From NCBI GenBank assembly GCA_965247095.1, contig OZ251997.1, positions 1,920,001-1,984,000 of the forward strand: DNA of 64,000 bases. Direction: 5' to 3'. A program made the translations under genes and the position numbers. The DNA is from Candidatus Multivorans sp. (GTDB lineage Bacteria > Acidobacteriota > Thermoanaerobaculia > Multivoradales > Multivoraceae). Under the pieces are notes generated by a model. It was not told the DNA's origin and did no database searches. It saw only the letters and a program-made list of their open reading frames with translations. Below are positions 11,101 through 19,197 of the stretch, one piece after another; position 1 is the first letter of the stretch, and each line of letters begins with the position of its first letter.

Positions 11101-11608
11101 CTGCGACCTCTTCCACCTGCCGGTCCTGAACCTGGTCGACAACCCCGGCTTTGCCGTCGGCCTCGAACACGAGATCACCGGCACCATCCGCTGGGGCGGC
11201 CAATGGATGATCGCCTTCTCCCAGGTCACCACGCCCATCTTCACCGTCCTCATGCGGCGCAGCTTCGGCGTCGCCGGCAACAACTACGCGACGCCGAGGG
11301 CCGAGCCGTCGATGCGCGTCGCCTGGCCCGCCGCCGACACCGGCGGCATCCCGCCCGAAGGCGGCATCGAAGCCGCCTACAAACGCCAACTCGCCCAGGC
11401 CGAGGACCCCAAGGCCCTACGCGACGAACTGATGGCACGAATCGAGAGCGCCCGCGGCCCCGTCGGCCCCCTGTCCCGCTTCCAGATCGAAGAGATGATC
11501 GACCCGCGAGACACCCGCCGGATGATCTGCGAGTGGATCGAAACGGCCTGGAAGATCGTCTCCCAGCCGGCGAGGCTGCGGCCGCGGCCGATTCAGTTCC
11601 GGCCTTGA
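8165..11608 (+). CDS. Single-chain acyl-CoA carboxylase (biotin carboxylase-BCCP-carboxyltransferase fusion)
   Basis: NRGEIA, HPGYGFLAEN, GGGGRGMR, ERDCSVQ; AMKM biotinylation site; C-terminal carboxyltransferase (LVDNPGF, IDPRDTR). Confidence 0.93.
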   Translation: MPQLERVLISNRGEIAIRIVKAASALGMESVSVYPAADSLSLHTRLATSAVEIGNGVPDDPVAAYLDAEALVAAAHGSGCDCVHPGYGFLAENAGFAERCADAGLVFVGPPPAALSLFGDKVRSRQLAASLDIPVVPGSDGPLESPADAVDLAALLGYPVMLKAAAGGGGRGMRRVASAGAMTEAFARCRSEAEAAFGNGALFVEKLIERPRHIEVQVLADGDGNVVHLHERDCSVQLRNQKVIETAPAPGLDADLRDRILADAVKLVAAAGYANAGTVEFLVVPETGEHFFIECNARIQVEHTVTEQVTGIDLVEAQFRIAAGATLAALGLGSQGAVGAPRGAAVQARVVARGAGTLSGYKEPTGPGVRVDGCGYVGYAPPPQFDPLLAKVIGASSSSFASGHASYVAAVDRLLRALDEFHIGGLATNLNQLKAILAHPAVRAGDARTTLLGEHPDLLSPAADAGGNGALTLLRQQATLAGVSVAGGAGMQPTARSTATELPVGPGQQAVACPMAGSILEIRVAEGDRVAAGEALLVVSAMKMESQVAAPLSGTVTALQPLTAGDTVEAGQVVAVIAPAEGATSEPRAEHRADTWAPLLEDVATMQALAHKRLAPGSDERGVVRQRSRGKLTCRERIDLLFDDGSFHEIGSIAGFASYDESGAIVDFTPANHVGGWGRIESRTAVVCADDFTSRGGHADGAIGEKSRHLDRLALEMRVPSVRLLDGSSGGGSVATMVPQQRQEGESKAKESRGAIKAGRPRVAGGGGSFLPGHLGSTMYTEQLSTVPVVNLLLGSVVGIGAAKAVLGHFSVMVRDIAQLFVAGPPVVRPAMGYDITKEDLGGWHIHCRNGSVDNLAETEEEAMALTRRFLSYLPSSVFETPPVAPPDPSDPTDRRDEELFSLIPRKRTATFDVRRAIRLMADRDSFFEIGPLWGTDQVTGFVRMNGHPMGVIASDSQHTNGGALTADGCRKLTRHLDLCDLFHLPVLNLVDNPGFAVGLEHEITGTIRWGGQWMIAFSQVTTPIFTVLMRRSFGVAGNNYATPRAEPSMRVAWPAADTGGIPPEGGIEAAYKRQLAQAEDPKALRDELMARIESARGPVGPLSRFQIEEMIDPRDTRRMICEWIETAWKIVSQPARLRPRPIQFRP

Positions 11609-11811
11609 GGGGGGCTGCGAGCTCCCCCGGCACCAACTGAGCGCGTTGAGGAGGGAATCAACCAGAGCTCGCTCAACCTCTCCGGCTCGATCGATGACCT
11701 TGGTGAAGAGATCAGCAACCTGGCCGGCCGAGCCCGTGCCCTTCACCGTCGCGCTCTCGAACTCCGGCAAGCCGCCTGAAGCCCTTGGACTTCAACGGGC
11801 CTGCCGGCCTG

Positions 11812-12135
11812 CTAGCGGCTGGCCTCGGCCAATCTGCTCCCGGAGGATGCCGGCGAAGCGGGCAGTACCTCGCGGTCGATCGCGGCCCCTTGCTTGGCCT
11901 CGACGACGGACACGTCGTAGGCCGTTTGGAGGTTCATCCACAGGACCGCTCCCGTTCCCATGTAGCGACCAAGGCGAACCGCCGTCTCCGCGGTGACGGC
12001 TCGCTCCCCGCGGAGAATCGCCGTGATTCGATTCGCCGGCACTCGGAGCGCGAGCGCCAGTTGGTTCGCAGTCATTCCTCGAGCTTCGAGTTCTGCCTTG
12101 AGAATCCGGCCCGGGTGGTTTCTCAGTCTGTTCAT
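11812..12135 (-). CDS. higA: HigA family antitoxin (Xre HTH)
   Basis: HPGRILKAEL...LRVPANRITAILRGERAVTAETAVRLGRY...WMNLQTAYD. Confidence 0.92.
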   Translation of the reverse strand: MNRLRNHPGRILKAELEARGMTANQLALALRVPANRITAILRGERAVTAETAVRLGRYMGTGAVLWMNLQTAYDVSVVEAKQGAAIDREVLPASPASSGSRLAEASR

Positions 12136-12137
12136 CG

Positions 12138-12425
12138 TCACCCCTTGTGGTAGTCCTCGATCACGACGTCCGCAGCATCTCCGCTGGCGAACCGGAAGGT
12201 CACTCGCCATCGCGCATTGATCGTCATGGAGCTTGTGCCCTTCCGCTTTCCGCTGAGGGAGTGCAGCCGAACTGACCGTAGTTCGCGGAGCGAATCCAGC
12301 GAAGGAGCCGCATCGAGCGTGTCCAGCAGGAGCAAGGCGCGTTCATAGTCCAAGCCACGGAATCCTCGTCGACGGTTCTCCTCAAACAGACGCCGAGTCT
12401 TGCTGTCGGCGAAGGACCGGATCAC
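12138..12425 (-). CDS. higB: HigB family RelE-like toxin
   Basis: VIRSFADSKTRRLFE...RLHSLSGKRKG...INARWRVTFRF...VVIEDYH; GTG start at 12425, upstream of higA. Confidence 0.88.
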   Translation of the reverse strand: MIRSFADSKTRRLFEENRRRGFRGLDYERALLLLDTLDAAPSLDSLRELRSVRLHSLSGKRKGTSSMTINARWRVTFRFASGDAADVVIEDYHKG

Positions 12426-12431
12426 CCCCGC

Positions 12432-12460
12432 ATCGTAGTACGCGCCTCGTACTACGTCAA
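12432..12460 (-). promoter_or_regulatory. higBA promoter with palindromic operator
   Basis: Minus strand TTGACG-17-TACGAT; perfect inverted repeat CGTAGTACG-N5-CGTACTACG (12434-12456). Confidence 0.75.
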
Positions 12461-12715
12461 TCGTCAGCGCTGTCCAACAGTCCGCTCGACCCACTAAAGA
12501 CATCGGCAAGGAATCCATGCCCGCCTGGGAGGGCGAACCGATGGATCTGCGCTGCGTAACGGACGCCATGTGGTGGCCACCGCCAAACACTGCGGCGTCT
12601 GCCGGTGCGAGCCAAGCGAGAAACGGACTCGACGCTCCACGCAGTGGTGCAGTGCCGTAACATCTAACGCTCCGCTGGCTCACACACGACACGCACAGCC
12701 GAGGAGCATGCCCCG

Positions 12716-13762
12716 ATGACATCCGAAGCCCGGGAATACCTGGAGCGGGTAGCGAAAGAGAACCGCGAGGCCATCGAGGGCGGCGCGGCGCCAACCCCAA
12801 ACAAGCTGTCAGTTCGCCGCCTTCTGGCCCTGTTCGGATACGCCAAGAGGGGACGTTTGGTGGTATCCACGATCCGCAACGCTCTTGAAGACAACGGACT
12901 GCGAACGAGCCCAGACTTCGAGAGCGTCTGGATCGACCACGAGATCTCGATCGAACTCGACCGCGAGAGCACGAACGGCTGGGTAGCGGCTGCGGCCATC
13001 CAGGATCCCACAGTCCGTATCGAAGCACTCGCTGCCGCTAACCACGAGCCCGCCGTCGCTCATCCCGAAGGCCTACTGAGCGAGGCAACCACACTCATGC
13101 TGCTCAACGACTACTCCCAACTCCCCGTTACGCAGGACTGCCGAGAGATCCGCAAGATCGAGGGCATGATCAGTTGGAAGTCGATCGGTTCGCGGCTGTC
13201 ATCCGGAGTCGAGTGCGCCCGAGTCAGGGACTGCGTGAACCCGCAGGTCCGCGACGTGCGCCAGGACACCCCGCTCCTGGATGCGGTTGCCGGTATCGCC
13301 AGCAACGGCTACACGCTGGTCCGGGACTCGACGAACAAGATCGTCGGTATCGTGACGACGAGCGATCTGAGCAGGGAGTTCCTTGAACTTGCCAGCCCGT
13401 TTCTCCTGATCGGCGAGATCGAGAAGTACCTGCACACACTCGTGCATGGCCGGTTCACGAAGGACGAGATCCTGGCGGCACTGCCCGAGGGACTCACCGC
13501 CACCGGTACCGCCGACCTCACGCTCGGCGGCTACTGCCGGCTTCTCCAGAAACCCGCGAACTGGAAAAAACTGGGCCTCGAGTTCAGCCGCAAGCAGTTC
13601 GTCGCAAGGCTGGAGGCTGTCCGGGAGATACGAAACGAGGTCATGCACTTCCGCCCCGACGGCCTGGACCCGGACAAGCAGCAAGTGCTGCACGGCCTCG
13701 TCGCGTTCTTCCGCCACCTCGCGCGAATGGGCGTTGTCGACACCTCCGCGAACTCGAACTGA
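12716..13762 (+). CDS. CBS-pair protein with C-terminal HEPN-like (RxxxxH) domain
   Basis: EATTLMLLNDYSQLPV...GMISWKSI and LVRDSTNKIVGIVTTSDL CBS repeats; C-terminal IRNEVMH motif; GAGGAG RBS. Confidence 0.75.
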   Translation: MTSEAREYLERVAKENREAIEGGAAPTPNKLSVRRLLALFGYAKRGRLVVSTIRNALEDNGLRTSPDFESVWIDHEISIELDRESTNGWVAAAAIQDPTVRIEALAAANHEPAVAHPEGLLSEATTLMLLNDYSQLPVTQDCREIRKIEGMISWKSIGSRLSSGVECARVRDCVNPQVRDVRQDTPLLDAVAGIASNGYTLVRDSTNKIVGIVTTSDLSREFLELASPFLLIGEIEKYLHTLVHGRFTKDEILAALPEGLTATGTADLTLGGYCRLLQKPANWKKLGLEFSRKQFVARLEAVREIRNEVMHFRPDGLDPDKQQVLHGLVAFFRHLARMGVVDTSANSN

Positions 13763-13794
13763 CCGCGCGAAAGACGAAGGAGGAGGTTCGGAAG

Positions 13795-16209
13795 ATGCAG
13801 GAGCAACCGTTCCGCGCCTGGTTGAGAGATGTCCGAGAACAGGTGGAGGGAAGCATCGCTACGCGACTCGCCGACTGCAGCCTGGTCGAGAGACACGAAG
13901 GCGATCTGGACGCCCATTGGAACGCGGACGGGCTAAGGGGGTTGCTTGACCGGCTCACGTACTCCAGGGAAGACGAACGAAACGGCAGATCTCCGGGGCA
14001 CAACGTCCCGACCAAGGGCGACCTCTACAACAACAGCGCAACGTTCAAGGCGGCCGTGAATCTCTACCGCAAGTTCCTCGACGCCCGAGGCGACGAGGGC
14101 GCGGAAGGCTCCGTTGCCCACTGCGAACGATGGGATCGGTACCTGGAGGAGGTGCGGCGCTACGTCGAGAGCGGGAAGCTGGACCGGGAGGAGATCGACT
14201 ACAAGTCGAGGATCGCCGCGAAGCTCACGAGCGCGCGAAACGCAGTGCTCGCCGGTGACGAAGACTGGTCCGATCTACTGAAGGAAGCGATCCTGGATCC
14301 AAGCAACAACCTCATTGACTTCCGGTTCGGCAAGCCAAGGCTTCGGGACTGGCTTGAGACGCAGGCTGAAGAGGCGTTCGGCGCACTAGCGGGGCTCTGG
14401 TCCGGCGAGGACATCTCGCTGGAAGACCGGATTCGCAGCTTCACCGAGAGCTTTCCGACCGACGTACTCTCTGGCACGGGGACGCGCTTGCGCGTGATCT
14501 CCGTGCTCTTGATGGCCCTCGACGCCCACCTCTACCCACCCTACAAGTTCAAGGAGTACCACAGTGCTTTCGCCCGCACCGGGCACCCGGTGCCACCTGC
14601 GGTCAACGACGAAGCCTCTCAGTACGAGCACGCCCTCGTCTTCCTGGACAAGATCATCGAGCGCGCTCGCCTAGCGGGACTCAAACGACCGAAGGACCGC
14701 CTTGAAGCGCAGTCGGTCCTGTTCGCGGTCGCCGGAGGCAGAGGAGCTGCCCCAAAGCCAGCGGACGATCGGCCTTGCTGGTTCGTGGGCGCTTCCTGGG
14801 ATGCAGGCGATCAGACGGATCGTTTCATCCGAGAGGGAATCTGGCAGAACGGCTACGAGGAGAAGTACCTGGACTATGTCAAGTCGATAGAGCCCGGGGA
14901 CCGAATTGCCATCAAGGCCACCTTCGTGAAGAAGCACGGTCTCCCCTTCGACAACAGGAGTGAAGACACCTCCACCATGGCGATCAAGGCGACCGGTGTC
15001 GTGACCGAGAACATGGGAGACGGTCGCAATCTCCGTGTGGACTGGACGCCCGCGAAACCCAGCCGCGAGTGGTACTTCTACACGTATCAGCCGACGGTCT
15101 GGAAAGTCACGCGCGATTCGGGCTGGCAGGCAGCCGCCTTGATCGATTTCACTTTCGACGGGGCGGAACAGGACCACAAGGAGTTCCTGCGCCACCGGTT
15201 CCCCGAACGCTACGCGGACGACGATCCCAACAATGACCGAACGGATTCGGACGTAGTTCGCAGCCCGGCAGAGGTCGATGTCTCGGATCTCGCCATCGAA
15301 CTCCTGTACGAACCGGGGGTTCTTCAGAACATCACGAACCTCCTGGACGACAAGCGCCAAGTCATCTTCCAGGGGCCACCCGGCACGGGGAAAACGTACG
15401 CTGCGCGCGAGCTGGCCACCTTCCTTGCAGGATCCAATGGCCAGGTCACCCTCGTCCAGTTCCACCCCTCCTACGCCTACGAGGACTTCGTGCAGGGTTA
15501 CCGGCCGACTCTGACCGCCGGTCAGGCCGGCTTTGAACTGCGCGACGGCCCGCTGGTTGCAGCGGCAGCGGCCGCCCGGACAGAGCCGGACGCCCTGCAC
15601 TTCCTGATCATCGACGAGATCAACCGGGGCAACTTGGCCAAGGTGTTCGGCGAGCTGTACTTCCTGCTCGAGTACCGCGACGAAGACATGAGGCTCCAGT
15701 ACGCCTCCACCGAGGACGAGCCGTTCAGTCTGCCCGAGAATCTCTACATCATCGGCACGATGAACACGGCCGACCGCTCGATCGCCCTGGTCGACCTGGC
15801 GCTGCGCCGACGATTCCACTTCGTCGAGTTCCATCCCGACAAGGAGCCGGTCGAGGGATTGCTCGGCCGGTGGTTGGAAAGGAACGCGCCCGAGATGGCT
15901 TGGGTGGCGGACGTCATGAGGCGAGCGAACAGCAAGCTGGATGACCGACAGGCAGCCATCGGGCCGAGCTACTTCATGAAGGAGGATCTCAACGAGGAGA
16001 AGGTCCGGCTGATCTGGGAGCACAACGTCCTGCCGTATGTGGAGGAACATCTCTACGGCGAGCCCGACCGGCTTGCCGATTTCGACCTCGGCAAGCTGCG
16101 GCGTGCAACAGAGTCCGCCGCTTCTGCCGCGGCCTCGGACAGCCGTGAAGCACCCGGAGAGCCTGACGGCGACGGGCAAGACGAAGAAGCCGCCGATGCG
16201 GGATCTTGA
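13795..16209 (+). CDS. mcrB: McrB-like AAA+ GTPase with extended multi-domain N-terminus
   Basis: GPPGTGKT, VQFHPSYAYEDFVQG, IIDEINRGN, MNTADRSIALVDLALRRRF McrB signature. Confidence 0.92.
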   Translation: MQEQPFRAWLRDVREQVEGSIATRLADCSLVERHEGDLDAHWNADGLRGLLDRLTYSREDERNGRSPGHNVPTKGDLYNNSATFKAAVNLYRKFLDARGDEGAEGSVAHCERWDRYLEEVRRYVESGKLDREEIDYKSRIAAKLTSARNAVLAGDEDWSDLLKEAILDPSNNLIDFRFGKPRLRDWLETQAEEAFGALAGLWSGEDISLEDRIRSFTESFPTDVLSGTGTRLRVISVLLMALDAHLYPPYKFKEYHSAFARTGHPVPPAVNDEASQYEHALVFLDKIIERARLAGLKRPKDRLEAQSVLFAVAGGRGAAPKPADDRPCWFVGASWDAGDQTDRFIREGIWQNGYEEKYLDYVKSIEPGDRIAIKATFVKKHGLPFDNRSEDTSTMAIKATGVVTENMGDGRNLRVDWTPAKPSREWYFYTYQPTVWKVTRDSGWQAAALIDFTFDGAEQDHKEFLRHRFPERYADDDPNNDRTDSDVVRSPAEVDVSDLAIELLYEPGVLQNITNLLDDKRQVIFQGPPGTGKTYAARELATFLAGSNGQVTLVQFHPSYAYEDFVQGYRPTLTAGQAGFELRDGPLVAAAAAARTEPDALHFLIIDEINRGNLAKVFGELYFLLEYRDEDMRLQYASTEDEPFSLPENLYIIGTMNTADRSIALVDLALRRRFHFVEFHPDKEPVEGLLGRWLERNAPEMAWVADVMRRANSKLDDRQAAIGPSYFMKEDLNEEKVRLIWEHNVLPYVEEHLYGEPDRLADFDLGKLRRATESAASAAASDSREAPGEPDGDGQDEEAADAGS

Positions 16210-17416
16210 TCTCCGCGAGTGGACACCAACCGAAGAGCCGGTGTCACTCTCGGTCAAGGAACGCGACCAACTGAGGCCCGTCCTCGCGAGCATCGAACCC
16301 GCTCCCGGGACGAGCGACGCGTACTACCTCAGGCCAGGTTCCAAGGTCGGCGCGCTTGAGATCGGCGATCTCTCCGTCTCCATCGAACCCAAACTACCCA
16401 TCGGCCGCGTGCTCTACCTGGCGTCCTACGCCATGGGCGTCGATTTCCGGGAGGAGCGTTTCGACTACGTGAGGCAACCGACGCTGGTCGAGGCTCTGGT
16501 CCCGGCGCTCACCCGCGCCGCCCGACGCGCCTTTGCCCGCGGACTCCTCCACGGCTACCGGACCGAAGAAGAAGCGCTGCACACGGTCCGTGGACGCATC
16601 CGCGTCGCCGATCAGCTCCGCCGCAGGTTCGGCGTACCTCTCCCGGTCGAGGTCCGCTACGACGACTTCACCGACGACGTGCTCGCCAACCAACTCGTCA
16701 AGGCCGCAGCCGACCACCTCGGCAAGCTCCGCATCCGCTCACAACGTTCCCGGCGTGATCTCGCCTGGGTCGCCGCGACCCTGGACAACGTGAGCCTGGT
16801 CGAGTTCCCGACAAACACCATCCCCGAGGTCAAGTTCGACCGGCTGAACGAGCACTACCGGGAAGTCGTGACCCTGGCACGGCTGATCCTCCGCTGCACG
16901 TCCATCGAGACCGGGCGCGGTCGAGTGCGAGCGAACGCCTTCCTGATGGATATGAACAAAGTGTTCCAGGAGTTCGTGATGCGGGCTCTGCGCAAAGAAC
17001 TGCGACTCACCGAATCGACGTTCCCGTCCGACAGGAAGCTGTCGAGGAGGGTCTTCCTGGACGAAGGCAGAGAGTTCGGGCTTGAGCCCGACCTCTCCTG
17101 GTGGGACGGCACAACCTGTACGTTCGTCGGCGACGCGAAGTACAAGCGGGTCAAGAACGAGCGAGTCCCCAACGCCGATCTCTACCAGCTACTCGCCTAC
17201 ACCACCGCCCTCGACCTTCCCGGCGGTCTGCTGATCTACGCGGAAGGCGAACCGGGGAGTACGGTCCATCAAGTCCTCCACGCCGGCAAGCGTCTGGAAG
17301 TCGCGACGATCGACCTGTCTGGTTCAATCAGCGAGCTTCATGGCGAGATCAGCAAGTTGGCTGGCCGCGTTGAAGTCCTCCAGCGTCAGGCGGCAACTCA
17401 CAGGCAGGCGGCCTGA
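16196..17416 (+). CDS. mcrC: McrC-like PD-(D/E)xK restriction nuclease subunit
   Basis: Overlaps the mcrB end; FLMDMNKVFQEFV, LEPDL...VGDAKYK, ADLYQLLAY. Confidence 0.92.
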   Translation: MRDLDLREWTPTEEPVSLSVKERDQLRPVLASIEPAPGTSDAYYLRPGSKVGALEIGDLSVSIEPKLPIGRVLYLASYAMGVDFREERFDYVRQPTLVEALVPALTRAARRAFARGLLHGYRTEEEALHTVRGRIRVADQLRRRFGVPLPVEVRYDDFTDDVLANQLVKAAADHLGKLRIRSQRSRRDLAWVAATLDNVSLVEFPTNTIPEVKFDRLNEHYREVVTLARLILRCTSIETGRGRVRANAFLMDMNKVFQEFVMRALRKELRLTESTFPSDRKLSRRVFLDEGREFGLEPDLSWWDGTTCTFVGDAKYKRVKNERVPNADLYQLLAYTTALDLPGGLLIYAEGEPGSTVHQVLHAGKRLEVATIDLSGSISELHGEISKLAGRVEVLQRQAATHRQAA

Positions 17417-17494
17417 GGCTGATCCACGCAGCGAGCGGGCTAGCCGTCCGGGGGTAAAGGCCTGCCCCCGCTCTACGCGAAGGCTCCTCTTCTC

Positions 17495-17524
17495 TTGACA
17501 CGCCTCATCGCCCTCGCCTATCCT
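17495..17524 (+). promoter_or_regulatory. Sigma70-type promoter upstream of DUF3800 leader
   Basis: TTGACA (17495-17500)-18 bp-TATCCT (17519-17524). Confidence 0.65.
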
Positions 17525-17530
17525 CCTCCC

Positions 17531-17590
17531 TGAGGCGCAAGGCTCTGCCTTACCCTCCTTCCGAGGCCCACGCTACGGCGTGGGCTTTCG
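17531..17590 (+). ncRNA. Candidate structured RNA/leader upstream of DUF3800 gene
   Basis: Starts at the predicted TSS; hairpin UGAGGC/GCCUUA, pyrimidine linker, then GGCCCACGC-UACG-GCGUGGGCU with a cUNCGg tetraloop followed by UUUCG. Confidence 0.55.
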
Positions 17591-17607
17591 TGCATCCTGG
17601 GAGTCCT

Positions 17608-18408
17608 GTGACCTTCCTAGCCTACCTTGACGAGTTCGGGCATATCGGTCCCTACGTCAGTCGCGGGGACCGCAGATACAAGAGCAGCCCGGTGTTCGGG
17701 TTCGCCGGCTACGTCCTTCCCGCAGATCAGGTGCGAGGATTCGGGACTTGGTTCTTCCAACGCAAGTGCGAACTCCTGGACTTCGAGATTCGGCGCTCCG
17801 GCCGACACCCCGCATTATGGGAGAAGAAAGGTGCCAGCCTCTACACCGTGACGAACGTCACGAAGTACCGGCAACTCCGGCTCTTCACGAACCGCCTCTT
17901 CAACAAGATCGCGAGACTAGGTGGCTTCGTACTCTACGTCGGCGTTGAGAAGACCGAGCCTCACACACAGCACGACTCGAAGGACCTGTACGTTCGCGTC
18001 CTTCTTGAGGCAATCAAGCGAATCGACCAGTTCTGCATGGATGACCGCAGGCCGCCGGACAACTTTCTGCTAGCTCTGGACGAACACGAGCAGCGTTCTG
18101 ACCTGCTCACCCAGGTATCGCAAGCGATGTACGGGGGAACATCACCTCGGCGCCGGCTAGTCGAACCGCCATTCCACCTGGAGAGTCACCGCTATCAGAC
18201 CGTACAAGCCGCGGACTGGATATGCGGGCTGGTCGGGCGTCTGGGAGCATTCTGGGCAGATCCCGAAGGCTACCCCGAGAACGAACTGTTCTTCCGCTAC
18301 TTCGGGCACCGCCTCAACCAGGTCAGCCGGCGCAGTGGAATTCGCATCGCCGTGGCTCAGCCAGGAAGCAGCTCCGCCGTTCAACGCCTTGCCAATGGCC
18401 AAACCTAA
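17608..18408 (+). CDS. DUF3800 family protein (predicted RNase H-like fold)
   Basis: N-terminal AYLDEFG and C-terminal ESHRYQTVQAADWICGL, matching the DUF3800 D-E...QxAD pattern; GTG 17608 (alternative start 17590). Confidence 0.8.
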   Translation: MTFLAYLDEFGHIGPYVSRGDRRYKSSPVFGFAGYVLPADQVRGFGTWFFQRKCELLDFEIRRSGRHPALWEKKGASLYTVTNVTKYRQLRLFTNRLFNKIARLGGFVLYVGVEKTEPHTQHDSKDLYVRVLLEAIKRIDQFCMDDRRPPDNFLLALDEHEQRSDLLTQVSQAMYGGTSPRRRLVEPPFHLESHRYQTVQAADWICGLVGRLGAFWADPEGYPENELFFRYFGHRLNQVSRRSGIRIAVAQPGSSSAVQRLANGQT

Positions 18409-18450
18409 CGTGGTAGCGGCATGTGGCAACGTCCTGTCGTGAAGGAACAC

Positions 18451-19194
18451 ATGCGCCAACTCACCGACTACCGCGTTCTGACGTTTGACTGCTACGGCAC
18501 CCTGATCGACTGGGAAACCGGGATCTGGGACGCGTTGCAGCCGCTGATCATGCGGAACCGGGGCGCCGAGGTCACCCGCGAGGCCGCGCTGCTTGCGTTC
18601 GGGCAGGGCGAGAGCCTTCAGGAGCAGGAGACGCCCGGGTTGCTCTACCCCGAGCTGCTGGCTCGCGTGCATCGGCGCATCGCGGACAGCCTCGGCATGC
18701 AATCCGACCCGCAGCTCGACGAGGTGTTCGGCGCCTCGGTGCCGGACTGGCCGGCGTTTCCGGACACCGCGGACGCGTTGCGGGTCCTCAAGCGGCACTT
18801 CCGGCTGGTCATCCTGTCCAACGTGCACCGGGACGGCATCGCGGGGTCGAACCGCAAGCTCGGGGTCGAGTTCGACGCGATCTACACGGCCGAGGACATC
18901 GGCTCCTACAAGCCGGCCGACGCGAACTTCGAGTACTTGCTCGCCCATCTCGCGTCCGACTTCGGGCTCGACCGATCGAATGTCCTGCACACCGCGCAGA
19001 GCCTGCACCATGACCATGTGCCGGCGAACCGGTTCGGACTCGCCAACGCCTGGATCGACCGGCAGCGCCTGTCCGAGGGCGGGAGTTGGGGCGCTACGGA
19101 CCGCGTCCAGACGATGCCGACCACCGATTTCGTGTTCTTCTCGATGGGCGAGATGGCGGAAGCCGTAGCGGAGTGCGCGAACGCCGAGACCTGA
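18451..19194 (+). CDS. Haloacid dehalogenase type II (HAD superfamily)
   Basis: LTFDCYGTLIDWE motif I; ILSN; GSYKP; HTAQSLHHDH. Confidence 0.9.
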   Translation: MRQLTDYRVLTFDCYGTLIDWETGIWDALQPLIMRNRGAEVTREAALLAFGQGESLQEQETPGLLYPELLARVHRRIADSLGMQSDPQLDEVFGASVPDWPAFPDTADALRVLKRHFRLVILSNVHRDGIAGSNRKLGVEFDAIYTAEDIGSYKPADANFEYLLAHLASDFGLDRSNVLHTAQSLHHDHVPANRFGLANAWIDRQRLSEGGSWGATDRVQTMPTTDFVFFSMGEMAEAVAECANAET

Positions 19195-19197
19195 CGC

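Noticed and set aside
11609-11790. Coding-looking minus-strand fragment LPEFESATVKG...VDSLLNAL at the island edge
   Set aside because: Probably a gene remnant, but I cannot assign a family or boundaries
12510-12550. atccat...gccc...gggc...atggat imperfect hairpin upstream of CBS-HEPN, faintly like the dispersed repeat
   Set aside because: No GAAC foot and too little identity to call a fifth copy or an ncRNA
17428-17480. GC-rich hairpins just after the mcrC stop
   Set aside because: Could be a terminator or stabiliser, but there is no U-tract and GC-rich stems arise readily by chance
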